Positions 26,997 to 39,514 of a stretch of 64,000 bases of DNA are shown here, piece after piece. The notes beneath the pieces were generated by a model. The model searched no databases. It saw only the letters and a list, made by a program, of their open reading frames with translations, and was not told the DNA's origin. This DNA is from Lama guanicoe (Eukaryota). The position numbers and the translations under genes are program-made. How positions within the stretch are numbered: the stretch's first letter is position 1; every line of letters starts with the position of its first letter. The stretch spans positions 1,551,104 through 1,615,103 of the forward strand of contig MU054098.1 in assembly GCA_013239625.1 (NCBI GenBank), written 5' to 3'.

Positions 26997-29979
26997 TATT
27001 GTGGTAAAACATACATAATATAAAATTTATCATTTTATCCATTTTTAAGTCTACAGTTTAATGGCATTACATGCAGTGATATTTTTGTGCAACCATTACT
27101 GTCATACATTTCCAGAACATTTTCATCTTCCCAAACTAGACAAAAACTCTCAAATTCATCCTGCCTCCCCCAGCACCTGACAGCACCATTCTACTTTATG
27201 AATTTCACTACATTGTAAGTGGAATTGTGAGCACAATTATACAGTATTTTTCCTTTTGTGACTGGCATAAATTCTTTAGCATAATATCTTCTAGCATGAT
27301 CCATGTTTGATTCCACATATAAATGAGAACATACAGAAAACAGACAGTATTTGTCTTTCTCTGTCAGACTTAATTCACTAAGCATAATACCCTCCAAGTT
27401 CATCCTTGCTTTTGTAAAAGAAAACATTTCATTCTTTTTTTGGCTGCTTTATGCCTTTGTCTGTATTCATCTGTTGATGGACACTTAAGTTGTTTCCATG
27501 TGTTGCCTATTGTAAATAATGCTGCTATGAACACTGAGGTGAATAGATCTTTTTGAATTAGTGTTTTTGTTTTCTCTAGGTAAATAATCAGAAGTGGAAT
27601 TGCTGGATCATGTATTAGTTCTATTTTTAATTTTTTGAGAAACTTGCATATTGTTTTCCATAGTAGCTGCACCAATTTAACATTCCCACCAACAGTATAC
27701 AAGGGTTCCCTTTTCTCCACATCTTTGCCAACACTTGTTATTTGTTGTCCTTTTGATAATAGCCATTCTGACAGGTGTGAGGTGATATCCCATTATAGTT
27801 TTGATTTGCAATTTCCTGATGATTAGTGATGAGCATTTTTTCATGTGCCTTTTGGTCATCTGTATATCTTCATTGGGGAAAAAAAGCCTATTCAGGTCCT
27901 CTGCTTTAGAAAAATGACAATTCAAGTCATTTTCCCATGTATAAATTGGGTTGTTCATTCTTCTTTTATCAAATTGTAGGGATTATTTATATACTCTGGA
28001 CATTAATTCCTTATCAGATTTGTAATTTGAAAATCTTTTCCTCTTTCCATGAGTTACTTATTTTCTCTGTTGATAGTGTCCTGTGATGCACAGAATTTTT
28101 TAGTTTTGATGAAGTCTAGTTTATCTAGTTTTCCTTTTGTTGCCTGTGGCTTTGGTGTTCATATCCAAAATGTCACTGCCAAATGCAATGTCATGAAATT
28201 TCTCCAATGTTTTCTTCTAAGAGTTTTATAAATTTTATTTATGTCTTACATATAGGCCTTTCATCCATTTTGGGTTAATTTTCATATGCTGTTTTTTCCA
28301 ACTTCATACTTTTCCATGTTGCTATACAGTTTTTCAAAGATATTTGTTGGAAACACTGAGTTTTTCCCTATTGAATGATTTTGGCTCCTTGTCAAAAATC
28401 TTTTGTTCATAGAGGTGAGGGTGGTTTATTTCCTCCAAGGTAGAGAAATCATCTGCTAATCTTATCAAGGATCCCTTTTACATGACAATTTTTCTCTTGC
28501 TGTTTTCAAGATTCTGTTTTTGCCTCTTGACAGTTTTATTGTAATGCTATATCATGAGTCACTTTCAATGTATTCTTTTTAGAGTTCCTCCAGCTTCTTG
28601 GATTTGTAGATCCAGGTCTTTTTCAAATTTGGTAAGTTTGGGGCCATTATTTCTTCAATTATCCTTCTGCCCCTTACTATCTTCTTCTAAGATTACTCTA
28701 ATGTGTAGAATTTTCTGCTTGATGATTTCCCATAAGTTCCTTAAATTCTATTTACTTTTCTTCAATCCATTTTATTTTGCTTCTCAGACTCAATAATTAC
28801 AAATGATCTGTCTTCAAGTTTGCTAATTCTCTCCTCATGCTGTTTGAGTCTGCTATTAAATTCCACTTGTGAATTTTTTCATTCATTTATTGTATTTTTC
28901 AGCTCCAGAATATCTCTTTGGTTCTTTTTTATAGTTTGTATCCCTGTTGACAGTCTCATTTTGTTCATATATTGCTTCCTGATTTCCTCTAGTTATTTGT
29001 TTTGTTTTTCTTTAGCTATTTGAGTATATTTAAGACAGTTGTTTTAAAGGTTTTGTCTAGTAATTCCAGTGCCTGTGTTTCTTCAGGGATGAATTCTGGA
29101 GATTTATTTTGTTCCTCTGAATGAGCCCTTTTTCCTATTTCTCTCTATGCCTTTTTATCTTTCGTTGATAATTTGGCATTTGTAAAAGACAGCCATTTCT
29201 CCCAGTCTTTGCAGACTGATGGAGAAGACCTTCACTAATTAGTAGGATGTGTTTTGAGCGTTGGGACCAGCCCAGGGTAAAAACTTAAGGTCTTCTCAGC
29301 TCTTTTCTAATTGTGCATACTGCTAAGAAGTATATGTGTGTGTTTGTGCTTGTGTTTGTGTGTGTGTGTGTGTGCGCGTGTGTGTTCCAAATGTCCTTGA
29401 AAAGATGTCTTTAAATATCTTAATTTCCACAACAGTCTTTCCTTATCTTCTTCTTGGAATCTTAGATATTTTATTCTCTTCCAGTGCCCAGAACTTCTCA
29501 TGCCAGGCATCAAGACACCTACAGTTTTTATACACGATGACACACACCACTGCTTTCTCCTCCTTTTACCAGTCTCAGATCCAAAGTATGCCATCTTTCC
29601 CCATCCAAATGCTAAGTCACATGAAACATAAACCAATCCCTCAGACAGCATACAGATAGATTAGAACATTGCAAATAAGTTCTGCTGTGCCCCTACTAGC
29701 TCATGGGAAGGAACTAGGAATTAGGCCACTTCTTCCCAATCATGGCACAGTGCACAAAGGAGGGTGTAGGAACAGGGCGAGTAAAAGTGCCACAAAATTT
29801 TCTATGGCTTTGAATATGGCTTTTCTTGATTGAGTGTTTTCTTGGTTGCAGTAGGATTTTGACTGGTTTTCAGAGCTCCTACAAAATTATTTTAGTCAGT
29901 TGATTTTTTTTTTTTTTGGTTTCCGTGGGGGAAGAAGAGACTAGGCTTCCTAGTTCATCATCTTGCTGATATCACTTCT
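26997..29979 (-). mobile_element. L1 with both termini and a large internal deletion
   Basis: 5' end GAAGTGATATCAGCAAGATG, ORF1 to ~28430 joined to late ORF2, 3' UTR; GAAACTTTT repeated at 26988-26996 and 29980-29988. Confidence 0.8.
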
Positions 29980-31260
29980 GAAACTTTTAGTGAAGAACTT
30001 ACAAACTTACATTCACCTCACAGAGAATAATGAGAGAAAATATTCCAACTTGTTTTAGGATGCTTGCTTAACACTAACAGCAAACAAACTAGTCATAGAA
30101 GGGAATATGCCTGACCTAATAAATTGCAACTACAAAAAATTATCTAAAGCAAACAAATGACATTATACAAATGGCAAATTTCTGAAAGATTTAATTCTGA
30201 GATTGTAAGCAAGGCAGTAATTCCCACTATATATCTTTTTCCACCATTGTACTGGACAACCTGGTCACATGCAATAATATAAGAAAATGAAATAAAATTT
30301 TAAGTATTGAAAAGGAAATATGTATATTTTTTCATTCACAGGCCATTTTTCATGTAGAGAATCTAACAGAAATTCAGAAATATTGTTAGAATAAATAATG
30401 AATACAGCAAGATTGCCAGTATAAATAGTATACAGAAATGAAGTAGATTCTGTAAATATTTAGAAAATAAAATTTATAAAACATATTACCTACAGTTTTT
30501 TATTAAAAATATAAAATACTTTGAAATAAATTAAAAAGAAACATGCAAGGTCTTTAGAAGACAAATGTGCAACTTGACCCCTAGTTTACACCACTTATAA
30601 AAAATAAAATAATTCAGGTAGATTATAGATATAAATGGGTAAAGATAAAATAATAACAATTATTTATGATAAATAGGAGAATGTGTTCATGATCTTACTG
30701 TAAACAATGAGTAATTTAATTGGATAGAAGAAGTATTAACTATTAAGGAAAGATTGATAAGTAAGACTACATTAGAATTAGAAACTTCTGTGAATTAAAA
30801 GCATCATTAAAAATGTGAAAAGGCCAAACACTAAGTGGGAAAATATGTTTGTAACTAACAAAAGTGTTATAACCAGAGTATACAAGAACTCCTACAAACC
30901 AATATGAAAAAGACAAACAATAAAAATGGACCAAAGGTATACACAGACATTTCACAAAGGATGATATTCAAACAGCCCATAAGCACATAAAAAGATGTTT
31001 GAATTCTTTAGTCATCAGAGAAATAAAAATTTAAACCATGGTGTGATAATATAGCAGCTTACCTAAATACCAATTATTTGTCAGGATGTGAGCCAAGGAA
31101 ATGGTCAAACACTGCCCATGAGATTAGAAAAGGGCACAACCAATTTTGAACTCTATTTGATAGTATTTATTAAAGCAGCATAGAGCGTATCATATAATCC
31201 AGCTACTATTAAACATAGTCCACAGAACACAGGCCAAAAACAAGTTAAAAAACTCATGCC

Positions 31261-31585
31261 CAGATGTGGCTCCATGTTTTGTGGGACCTGAAGCTTATAC
31301 AATTCAGCAGACTGTGATTAATAAAAAATACAAACTTCTTAATAAAAGATTAAGTACAGAAATAAATATGTAATTAGAATGATAAAAGCTATCACTACAA
31401 TAACAGTAGGCTTTGGGATTCAGGTCTCCTTCTTCTGTAACATCTTTAGATCTTACCAGATAGAGATATTTCATAGAATCTGGCTTCCCCTCCTTACATA
31501 GAATACTTTACAAATTGTAACAATTCATAGCCCTCAGAGATCCTGAAGCTTAAACTTCATTAATGTCTTGGTAAATCTGCCTATG
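31261..31585. mobile_element. Non-autonomous hAT (Tip100/MER53-like) DNA transposon
   Basis: Degenerate TIRs CAGATGTGGCT...AATCTGCCTATG and internal CCTGAAGCTT motifs near both ends. Confidence 0.6.
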
Positions 31586-32689
31586 ATCATCATAGCATTA
31601 TTCAGAAAAGCCAAAACTGGAAAAAATCCAACTATCCATCAATAGCAGAATGCGTAAGTTGTGGCATATCCATATGAGGAAATGCTACATAGCAATTAAA
31701 ATTGCTGAGCAATTGCTCAATAAACAAATCACTACTATGTGCAACAACATGAGTGTATCTCACAATCATAATGTTGAGTGACAGAATCTAGACAAAAATG
31801 AATAAATGCTATATGATTTTACTTCTACTCAGTTCAAAAACAGACTAAACTAATCTATGGCAATAGAAGTCTGAATAGTGGTTTCCTCTGAGAGACAGGA
31901 GAATGTGAAATGCTTGGCAGGTGGCAGAAAGGGGTTTTTTGAGATGCTCATAATGTTCTATTTTTTGCTCTGGCTAGTGGTTACGCAGATGTGCCTACTT
32001 GGTGACAGTCCATCAAGCCATATACACTTAGGATTTTAATATTTTCCTCTTTGTACATTACATTTTAATAAAAATCTATTAAAATAGTAGATAAAGCTAA
32101 GATATTATTAGTTTGCTTATGGGAGTATTGAACGATCTTAAAAGAGTGTCAGCAAGATATGAGAATAGCTTGTTGACACTCTACTTACAATATTGATATT
32201 CTTACGAAGAAAACTGAAGCAATCCTGAGGCCTGATCAGAATGCCATATAGCTTAAAGCATCTAAAGGATTCCTGATAAATTCTTGCACTTTTTATCACC
32301 TTTTATACATGATTCCATTCAAAATTCTACTTATATTTGAATGCTATATTGCCACACATTAAGATTATAGTATCTTAACATCATTGCATGTTTTTCTATG
32401 CATTTTTTCTTCTAAAAAAAATAGCCTAGCCTTTTCTTTTTAAAATAACCTCTATTTTCATTGTCACATTACTAAAACCATACATTTTCATTTAGAACAA
32501 AAAAGTACAAAGACTCAAATCATTTGCAATCTGCTACAAGAACACTGTAAAAGAGGGTCTCTTTTAGCTCAGCTTTCAGAATAAGAAGGTACAGAAAGTT
32601 GAACCACAGCTGACACACAATGGTCTACATGCAGTATGAGCAAAAAAAAGACTTTCTAAAGTAACAAATTTAGATTTGTGGTTTTTTTA

Positions 32690-32788
32690 TGTTACATAAA
32701 GTATTTGTTTATTGGAATTCAACTAATTTTGATAAGCTAATTTGAATGCATGGAAATTGTCGGTATCTCCCCAGGCTACGGACCTTCC
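32690..32788 (-). other. Candidate terminal exon with stop codon and polyA signal
   Basis: gatttcag|GGAAGGTCCGTAG, TAG at 32778-32776, AATAAA at 32713-32708, retained CpGs. Confidence 0.45.
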
Positions 32789-33320
32789 CTGAAATCCTAT
32801 ATATCACTTGTCAAATGAGTAAGTACTGATGAAAGGAATTAACATTGAAGGTTAGCAAAAACAAATACCCAAACAATTTCTACAGTCTATATTCAAGGGT
32901 TTATAATATTATATGATATATTCAGTCTGATATAAAATTGCATATGTGCTACTAATAATATAATTAAGCTACTTTTGCTTCAGCCTAAAATACAGAGCCA
33001 ATAGCTTAATTTTCTTGCATGAGGACATGCCTTTGAATGAACATAAATGAAGTATAAGAGATTATCATTACTACTCTTCATAGCATCTTTAATCAAGAAG
33101 CAATCTACAGAGAATTCATTGACTTTGATTCAAATCTAAGTAATTATATTACTACAATGGAATGTATTTTTAAAACATTTGAATTACTATATAATGGTCA
33201 TATAGTGGCTTACTTCAATGGATTTTTAAAAAATCATTGAAGTTAAAAAAGTCTTCATTTTCCCAGCCATTGTTTTAGTGTGTATGAATATTTAATGAAG
33301 TAAAAATTAAGTATTATTAC

Positions 33321-33374
33321 CTAGCTCTCTTCAACTTTCCTGTTGGTTTTCTGTGTTGATGAATAACCACAGCC
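33321..33374 (-). CDS. Candidate 54-nt exon
   Basis: Acceptor ttttccctcag|, donor TAG|gtaata; reads AVVIHQHRKPTGKLKRA or GCGYSSTQKTNRKVEES*. Confidence 0.55.
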   Translation of the reverse strand, partial: GCGYSSTQKTNRKVEES

Positions 33375-33494
33375 CTGAGGGAAAATGTATTATTAAAGCT
33401 AAAAAACAAAAACCAAAATTCACTCCATTAGTTCAATTCTCCCAGTTCCCAGTCAGGTCAGAGAGTAGACTTATTATGCCTCAGGGAGAGATAC

Positions 33495-33537
33495 CTCATA
33501 GATTCGTGCGGTGAAATGGTGCTCCACTTGTACATTT
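33495..33537 (-). CDS. Candidate 43-nt exon
   Basis: Acceptor tattttcctcag|, donor GAG|gtatct, two CpGs; reads MYKWSTISPHESM or NVQVEHHFTARIYE. Confidence 0.5.
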
Positions 33538-33749
33538 CTGAGGAAAATAGACCTTTAAACTTAAAATCTATCAATTCTTTGTGGATCATTTGCAATAGTT
33601 CCTGGGCTATGGACTGTATAAGAAAATATTTTCATGACCTCAAGGATCTGGCATAGATATTTATAGCTGAGTTCTTTACTGGGACCATTTTGACACAAAA
33701 TTTGATGTATTCTGAGAATAATAGGTCACATCCTTTAGAATCATTCTCT

Positions 33750-34620
33750 GAAAGAATCCTACTTCTTGAAAAAATCAGTTTTCCTAGTCCACAGCTAAGA
33801 ATATGGTTTGGCATCCCTTATACTACCCTGACAAATGGGCACTCTACCTCTGCATGAAGACTACAAGACATAACTCATTCCATTATTGAAAACCTTTAAT
33901 TATTAAAAAACACTCCTTTAAGTTGAGCTAAAATCTGTCTTCATGTAGTCTTTTCCCCCCATTAACCCTGATTAGATCTACTGGGCAAAACAGAGCAACT
34001 GTAATCCCTCTTACACATTACATCCTTCTAAATATGTGAAGAACTTCCCAGTTCCCTTATTCTTAATATATTATGCCTTTAAGGCCATTTTCAATCTTCA
34101 TTGTTCATTTCTAAACACATATTGGTTTGTCTTCTCTTCAAAAACAGACTAGAAATGAAGAGAGTTTTTCATGTGTGATCTGACCAAGACAGAGTAGAAT
34201 GAGTACATGACATGGCTCATTCTAAAGTTTTTATTCTATGGATGAAGTTCTACATCACATTAGGTTTTCTGACCACCTGCATTCCTCTGTTTGTTCACAC
34301 AGAACTTACATTCCACTAAAACTAGTAAATCTGGAATTTTGGGGGGAGGGGGTGGTGAATGCATTTCTGCTCTCTTTTTTTAGTTCTATATTGGTAAAAC
34401 TCTATTTTGTTTATGACTCCAAGCATAAACTTTTCATTTTTTCCTGGGAAACATCAATCTCTTAGGTTCCTAATTCTTCAATTTAATATATTATACTTCC
34501 TAGCTTTGATTTCCCATTTTCTTCAGCAATTACCAATATTACTATCTAATCCATTGATAAAATGTTATGTAACAAAGTCTCTCTGTGCTCCAGCTGATGA
34601 TTCTGGCTAGAAAAAGTAAC
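33750..34620. mobile_element. L3/CR1 LINE remnant
   Basis: TGTGATCTGACCAAGACAGAGTAGAATG and AGCTAAAATCTGTCTTC resemble the CR1/L3 consensus. Confidence 0.5.
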
Positions 34621-35352
34621 CATTACATGACCTCAGTTTAGTAATCTGATTCTAAAATTTTAATTACTTCTTTAGTTCAATGATTTGGTTTGAGCTTCTT
34701 AATCCCTGTTTCTTTCAAAGATCTAATTTGCCTAGCTGCAATGACTCTAAGATGGCCCCAAGTTCCCTTCCTTAAGTTGGTAAACAAAAAAAGGAAACAA
34801 AATAAATACAAAATAGAGAAATAATGGTGCTGAGTATAGAAATGTAGATATTCCAAATTAAAATAATTTGAGAATCAATTAACATATACAGGATTATTAA
34901 TGTGTTTAACTATTTTCAACAGGCAGTATAGCATTTTAAGTAGAATTGGTAAAAAATATTTGCTAGATCAGATAAAGAATAATCTAATTTAAATAAACTA
35001 ACTTTTACACTAAAGTCATTCAGACTGGTTGGAAGGAGAGTGTAAGTTAATTATCAAGGTAAGTGTCCCTGATCAGAAAAAAATAGTACTAAGTTTCTGA
35101 TTAAAATTACATAACTGGAACTTTTCTTTATGTTAATTTTCAGAGTTAAATATTAATATGGTCATAAACACAAAACATATCATATTTTTTACAGCAGCAT
35201 TTTGATAAAATGTTAGAAGATAGGGCAAGAACATCATAAATTGTTAAAATAAGATAGAAAAAAATAGGTTATAAAGAAAGTGGCAGGCATAGGGTGTGCC
35301 ATTTGGTGACTTCTTTCACCCACAACACATCCTCAACCTGAGTCACTAGTTG

Positions 35353-36800
35353 TTATAAGAGGCAAAGAAGGATACTACGTAATGATCAAGAGATCAATCC
35401 AAGAAGAAAATATAACAATTGTAAATATATATGCATCCAACATAGGAGCACCTAAGTGGCTAAGGCAAATATTAGCAGACATAAAAGGAGAAATTGGCAG
35501 TAACACAATAATAGTAGGGGACTTTAACGGCCCACTTACATCAATGGACAGAACATCCAGACAGAACATCAGTAAGGAAACACTAGCCTTAAGTGACATG
35601 TTAGACCAAATGGATTTAATTGATACATAGAGAGCATTTCATACAAAAGCAGCAAAATACACATTCTTTTTAAGTGCACATGGAACATTCTCCAGGGTAA
35701 ATCACATGCTAGGCCACAAAACAAACCTCCATAAATTTTATAAGGTTGAAATCATATCAAGTATCTTTACTGACTATAGCACCATGAGACTAGAAATCAA
35801 CTATAAGAAAAGAAACTTCAAAAAACACAAACATGTGGAGGTTAAACAATATGCTACTAAACAACCAATGGAGCACTGAAGAAATAAAAAAAAACTTAGG
35901 GACAAAAGAAAATGAAAACATGACAATCCAAAACCTATGGGACACAGCAAAAGCAGTTCTAAAAGGGAAGCTTATAGCAATAGAAGCTTACCACAGGAAA
36001 CAAAATTTCAAATAAGCCATGTAACCTTACACCTAAAGGAACTACAGAAAGAAGAACAAACAAAACCCAAAGTTAGTAGAAGGAAAGAAATCATAAAGAT
36101 CAGAACAGAAATAAATGAAATAGAGACTAAAGAACAACAGAAATGATAAACAAACTTGATAAACATTTAGCCAGACTCATCAAGCAAAAAGAGAGAGGGC
36201 CCAAATCAATAAAATCAGAAAGAAAAAGAAGTTACAACTGACGTCACAGAAATACAAAGGATCATGAGACTACTACAAAAAATTATATGGCAGTAAAATG
36301 GACAACCTAGGAGAAATAGATGAATTCTTAGAAAGATACAATCTCCCAAGACTGAACCAAGAAGAAATAGAAAATATGAACAGATCAATTACCATTGATG
36401 AAATTGAATCAATAACTTAAAAACTCCCAACAAACAGAAGTCTGGGACCAGATGGCTACACAGGTGAACTCTACCAAACATTCAGAGAAGAGTTAACACC
36501 TATCCTACTGAAACTATTCCAAAAAATTGCAGAGGAAGGAACACTTCTGAACTCATTCTACGGGGTCAGCATCACCCTGATACCAAAACAGGATAAAGAT
36601 ATTACCAAAAAAAAGAAAGAGAGAGAGAGAGAAAAAAAACTACAGGCCAATATCACTGAAGAACATAGATGCAAAAATCCTCAACAAAATACTAACAAGC
36701 CAAATCCAACAATACATTAAAAGGATCATAAACCGTGATCAAGTGGGATTTATCCCAGGAATGCAATAATTTTTTCAATACCCACAAAACAATCTATGTC
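35353..36800 (+). mobile_element. L1 ORF2 internal fragment (endonuclease to start of RT), no 3' end
   Basis: IKRSIQEENITIVNIYASNIGAP, TIIVGDFNGPLTSMDR, WRLNNMLLNNQW. Confidence 0.95.
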
Positions 36801-36869
36801 ATTAAAGTTTATAGCATCAATATAAACTACTTTATTAAGAAATTGTGCTTTTTTTTTCCATCTTCTGCC

Positions 36870-37720
36870 AAACTTCAGTCATCTCCTTTAGTCACTTCCA
36901 TAGCCTATTAGTCATCAGGTTCTATTCATTTTACCCACTGTCTATGTCCCAAGTCCATTTGCTTCTCAGCATCTCCACTGTCATCACCCTTGTCTGAGCC
37001 AATACCACCTCTTGCCTGAACTATCGCAATGGCCTCCAAATTGGCCTACTGGTCTCCACTCTGCCCTCTTCCTATCTACTTTCCACACTTTTGTAAGATT
37101 GACCTTTTAAAAACAGAAACCATGTGTTTCATGCCTCCACACCATCTCAGCTCCTGCCATACTTAAAACCTTGCAATGACTTTTCATTGCTCTAACATAA
37201 AAAGTAAACTTTCTTAATATAGACTCCAGGCAGTGTTTGGGTTCCTTTGTGCATGCATCTGCAATATTATCTTTGTACCAAGCTCCTCTGCAGTTTCTCT
37301 GCTCCAGCCATAGTAACTTCGTGTGTATGTGTGTGTGCATTTTCTATGCTTGTATCCCTAACATGAGTTTTTTGTGGATACCAACTAAATCACTCTTCTG
37401 TAGCATCTTCCACACTATTTTTAAGTTAACATCTTTTCTTTCATGTTTGAGACACTTTTATCTCAAATATAATTTCCTCAGATAAGCCCTCTCTGAACCC
37501 TCAGGCCATGCCAGTAGCCTCTGTTACATGTTCTCAAAGCACACATAAATTTTTGTCATAGCTCTTATTAGATATTTGACTTTATATCTTTGTATGTGTG
37601 ATAATTTGATTACTCTCTCCTTCCATCACTAGATTGCAAGTTTCATAAAGGCAAAAGTTGTATCAGTTTTGCTTGCCATTGTATTCCCAGATTCTAGCAT
37701 ATTACTTGGTGCATAGCTGA
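36870..37720 (+). mobile_element. L2 LINE fragment
   Basis: CTCTTGCCTGAACTATCGCAATGGCCTCC...CACTAGATTGCAAGTTTCATAAAGGCA. Confidence 0.8.
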
Positions 37721-38769
37721 TGGCACAGTGATGAACACCACTAGCTGTTTTATGTTACCTTAGACAAGTAATTTAACTTTTCTGTGTTTTTTTTCATCTG
37801 TAAAAGGTAGATGTGGTAAATGACTAGTAAAATTAGCCTACTAATACATTAAAAGATGTTAAGTGCTTATGGAGGTGGTGTGGCAAAGGGAGTCATGCCA
37901 ATTAGGGTGAGTGTGATCCTTTTTGGATGGTGCTGTCAGAAGAGAAGGTACTGATTGTGTGGTCAAGAGAAGGAACTTGCAGTTATTGATCAATTATTCT
38001 ATGTCAGGCTCCAAGTGTGGTACTTTATATATATTATCTTAGTGAATTTCCATAGTTTGAAGTTTGTAGAGCCAATCTGCTTGGAACATATAAAGAAAGG
38101 AATGTGTTTCTCTCTCTCTTTGTCTCTCTCTCTCAATATTATCTCAGACAACAATGCAGTCTAAAATATCACCAAGCACTACACAATGTTCTAGCGATTA
38201 AGAAAATAATTAATCAAATTTTATAGCAGTTCTTTCTGCATATAATTCATATTAGTAGACCTGATTATGGACCATTGTTAACGTACCATTCTCAGTGCTA
38301 AATTTAACTTCTGTGTAACTCTTCCTTTTGCAGTCACTTTAATTAATGAATTAATTCCTCTAAAATGTTTTTCAAGTCAGCTAATTCTCTCCTCATTTTA
38401 CAGATGAGAGAACAAAAACAATAAGATTTCCTTAATGTTACAGCTGAGTCACAAACCCTCAATATAGTGCACCTTGGGGATGTCAACTTTTTAAGTCCTT
38501 CAGGACATCTTCAGTCAGCTTAGTAGATCAGTGTTATGACTGCTGTGTCCTCAGAAAGCAGATATGATAGCAACATGGATGAAGAAAGTTCAGACACTGT
38601 AGTCAGACTGTAGGACCTTACTTCTCTTGGGATTAGTTCTTGGTATCTGTAACATTGTGATAAAACCATCTAGCATGGTTTATATAAAGGAAGGCACATT
38701 TATGTTTCCTCCATGATTTAACAGTATTCATGAACAACCTTTATTTCATTAGAATACCAATTAAAATAC

Positions 38770-38883
38770 CAGATTTCTTCATCATCCAGGATTAGAGGCA
38801 TTAAGTAGATATACACTGAGTGGCAGAATTTGTTATAGTTTATATTTGATTTTAAAATTTTATCCCTATAATTTTTTTTTAGT
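38770..38883 (-). CDS. Candidate 114-nt symmetric exon (LKKNYRDKILKSNINYNKFCHSVYIYLMPLILDDEEI)
   Basis: Acceptor tttgctttaccacag|, weak donor CTG|gtattt, open phase 2-2 frame. Confidence 0.25.
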
Positions 38884-39514
38884 CTGTGGTAAAGCAAATT
38901 GAACATGGACTTAAGTTGCACAATTTACATAGCTGATTTCTATCCTATTTCTGACATTCCCACCAACTGGTCCAATAAGATGTTACCTTGAATTGTTATG
39001 CTGAGATGTTTGAGGAGTGAAAAGCATGGGAAATCATGTCATTACTTTGGAAAGGGTAGTCAGGACCACAACTGTTATATTTGCTGAAAGCTTTTGTTTA
39101 TCTGGCTCCACATTTAAGCTAGTAACATAAATCAATAGATATTTTCAAAACAAGAAGTGTATTTTCCATTTACAAAAAGCAAATATTTTTTCAATACATG
39201 CTTTAGGCAAATCCTACATCTATCTCCTTTCTAGTTTTCTGTCCTAGTCAATGACCATGGAAGTTCAGAAAGGTATATTATTCTTAAGAATCAAAGAAAC
39301 AATATTGGTCCCAGTAAAAATGACTCCGGATACTTTCAAAAGATTTTCAACCAAACCTGTAAACAAAGGGAAAATTAAGGAATAACTTCAATTTGGCCCC
39401 CAACAAAAGGTGAATGTACTGGAACTCATATCTCCATTGTCAAATCATTTTTATTAGTTAAGGGTTTTTTTTCTGGTTTGGTTTTGCTGACTGTTAAGCT
39501 GCAAATCTTTTGTG

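Larger units (their letters stand above)
23730..32085 (+). mobile_element. Ancient near full-length L1 scaffold fragmented by nested insertions
   Basis: Collinear pieces: ORF1 (~23.9-24.3 kb), endonuclease (~24.6-24.96 kb), ORF2 (25.77-26.99 and 29.98-31.2 kb), 3' UTR ending in AATAAA near 32067. Confidence 0.7.

Noticed and set aside
34995..35052. Imperfect inverted repeat beside two GTAAGT donor-like motifs
   Set aside because: Short, AT-rich and gapped; no good acceptor.
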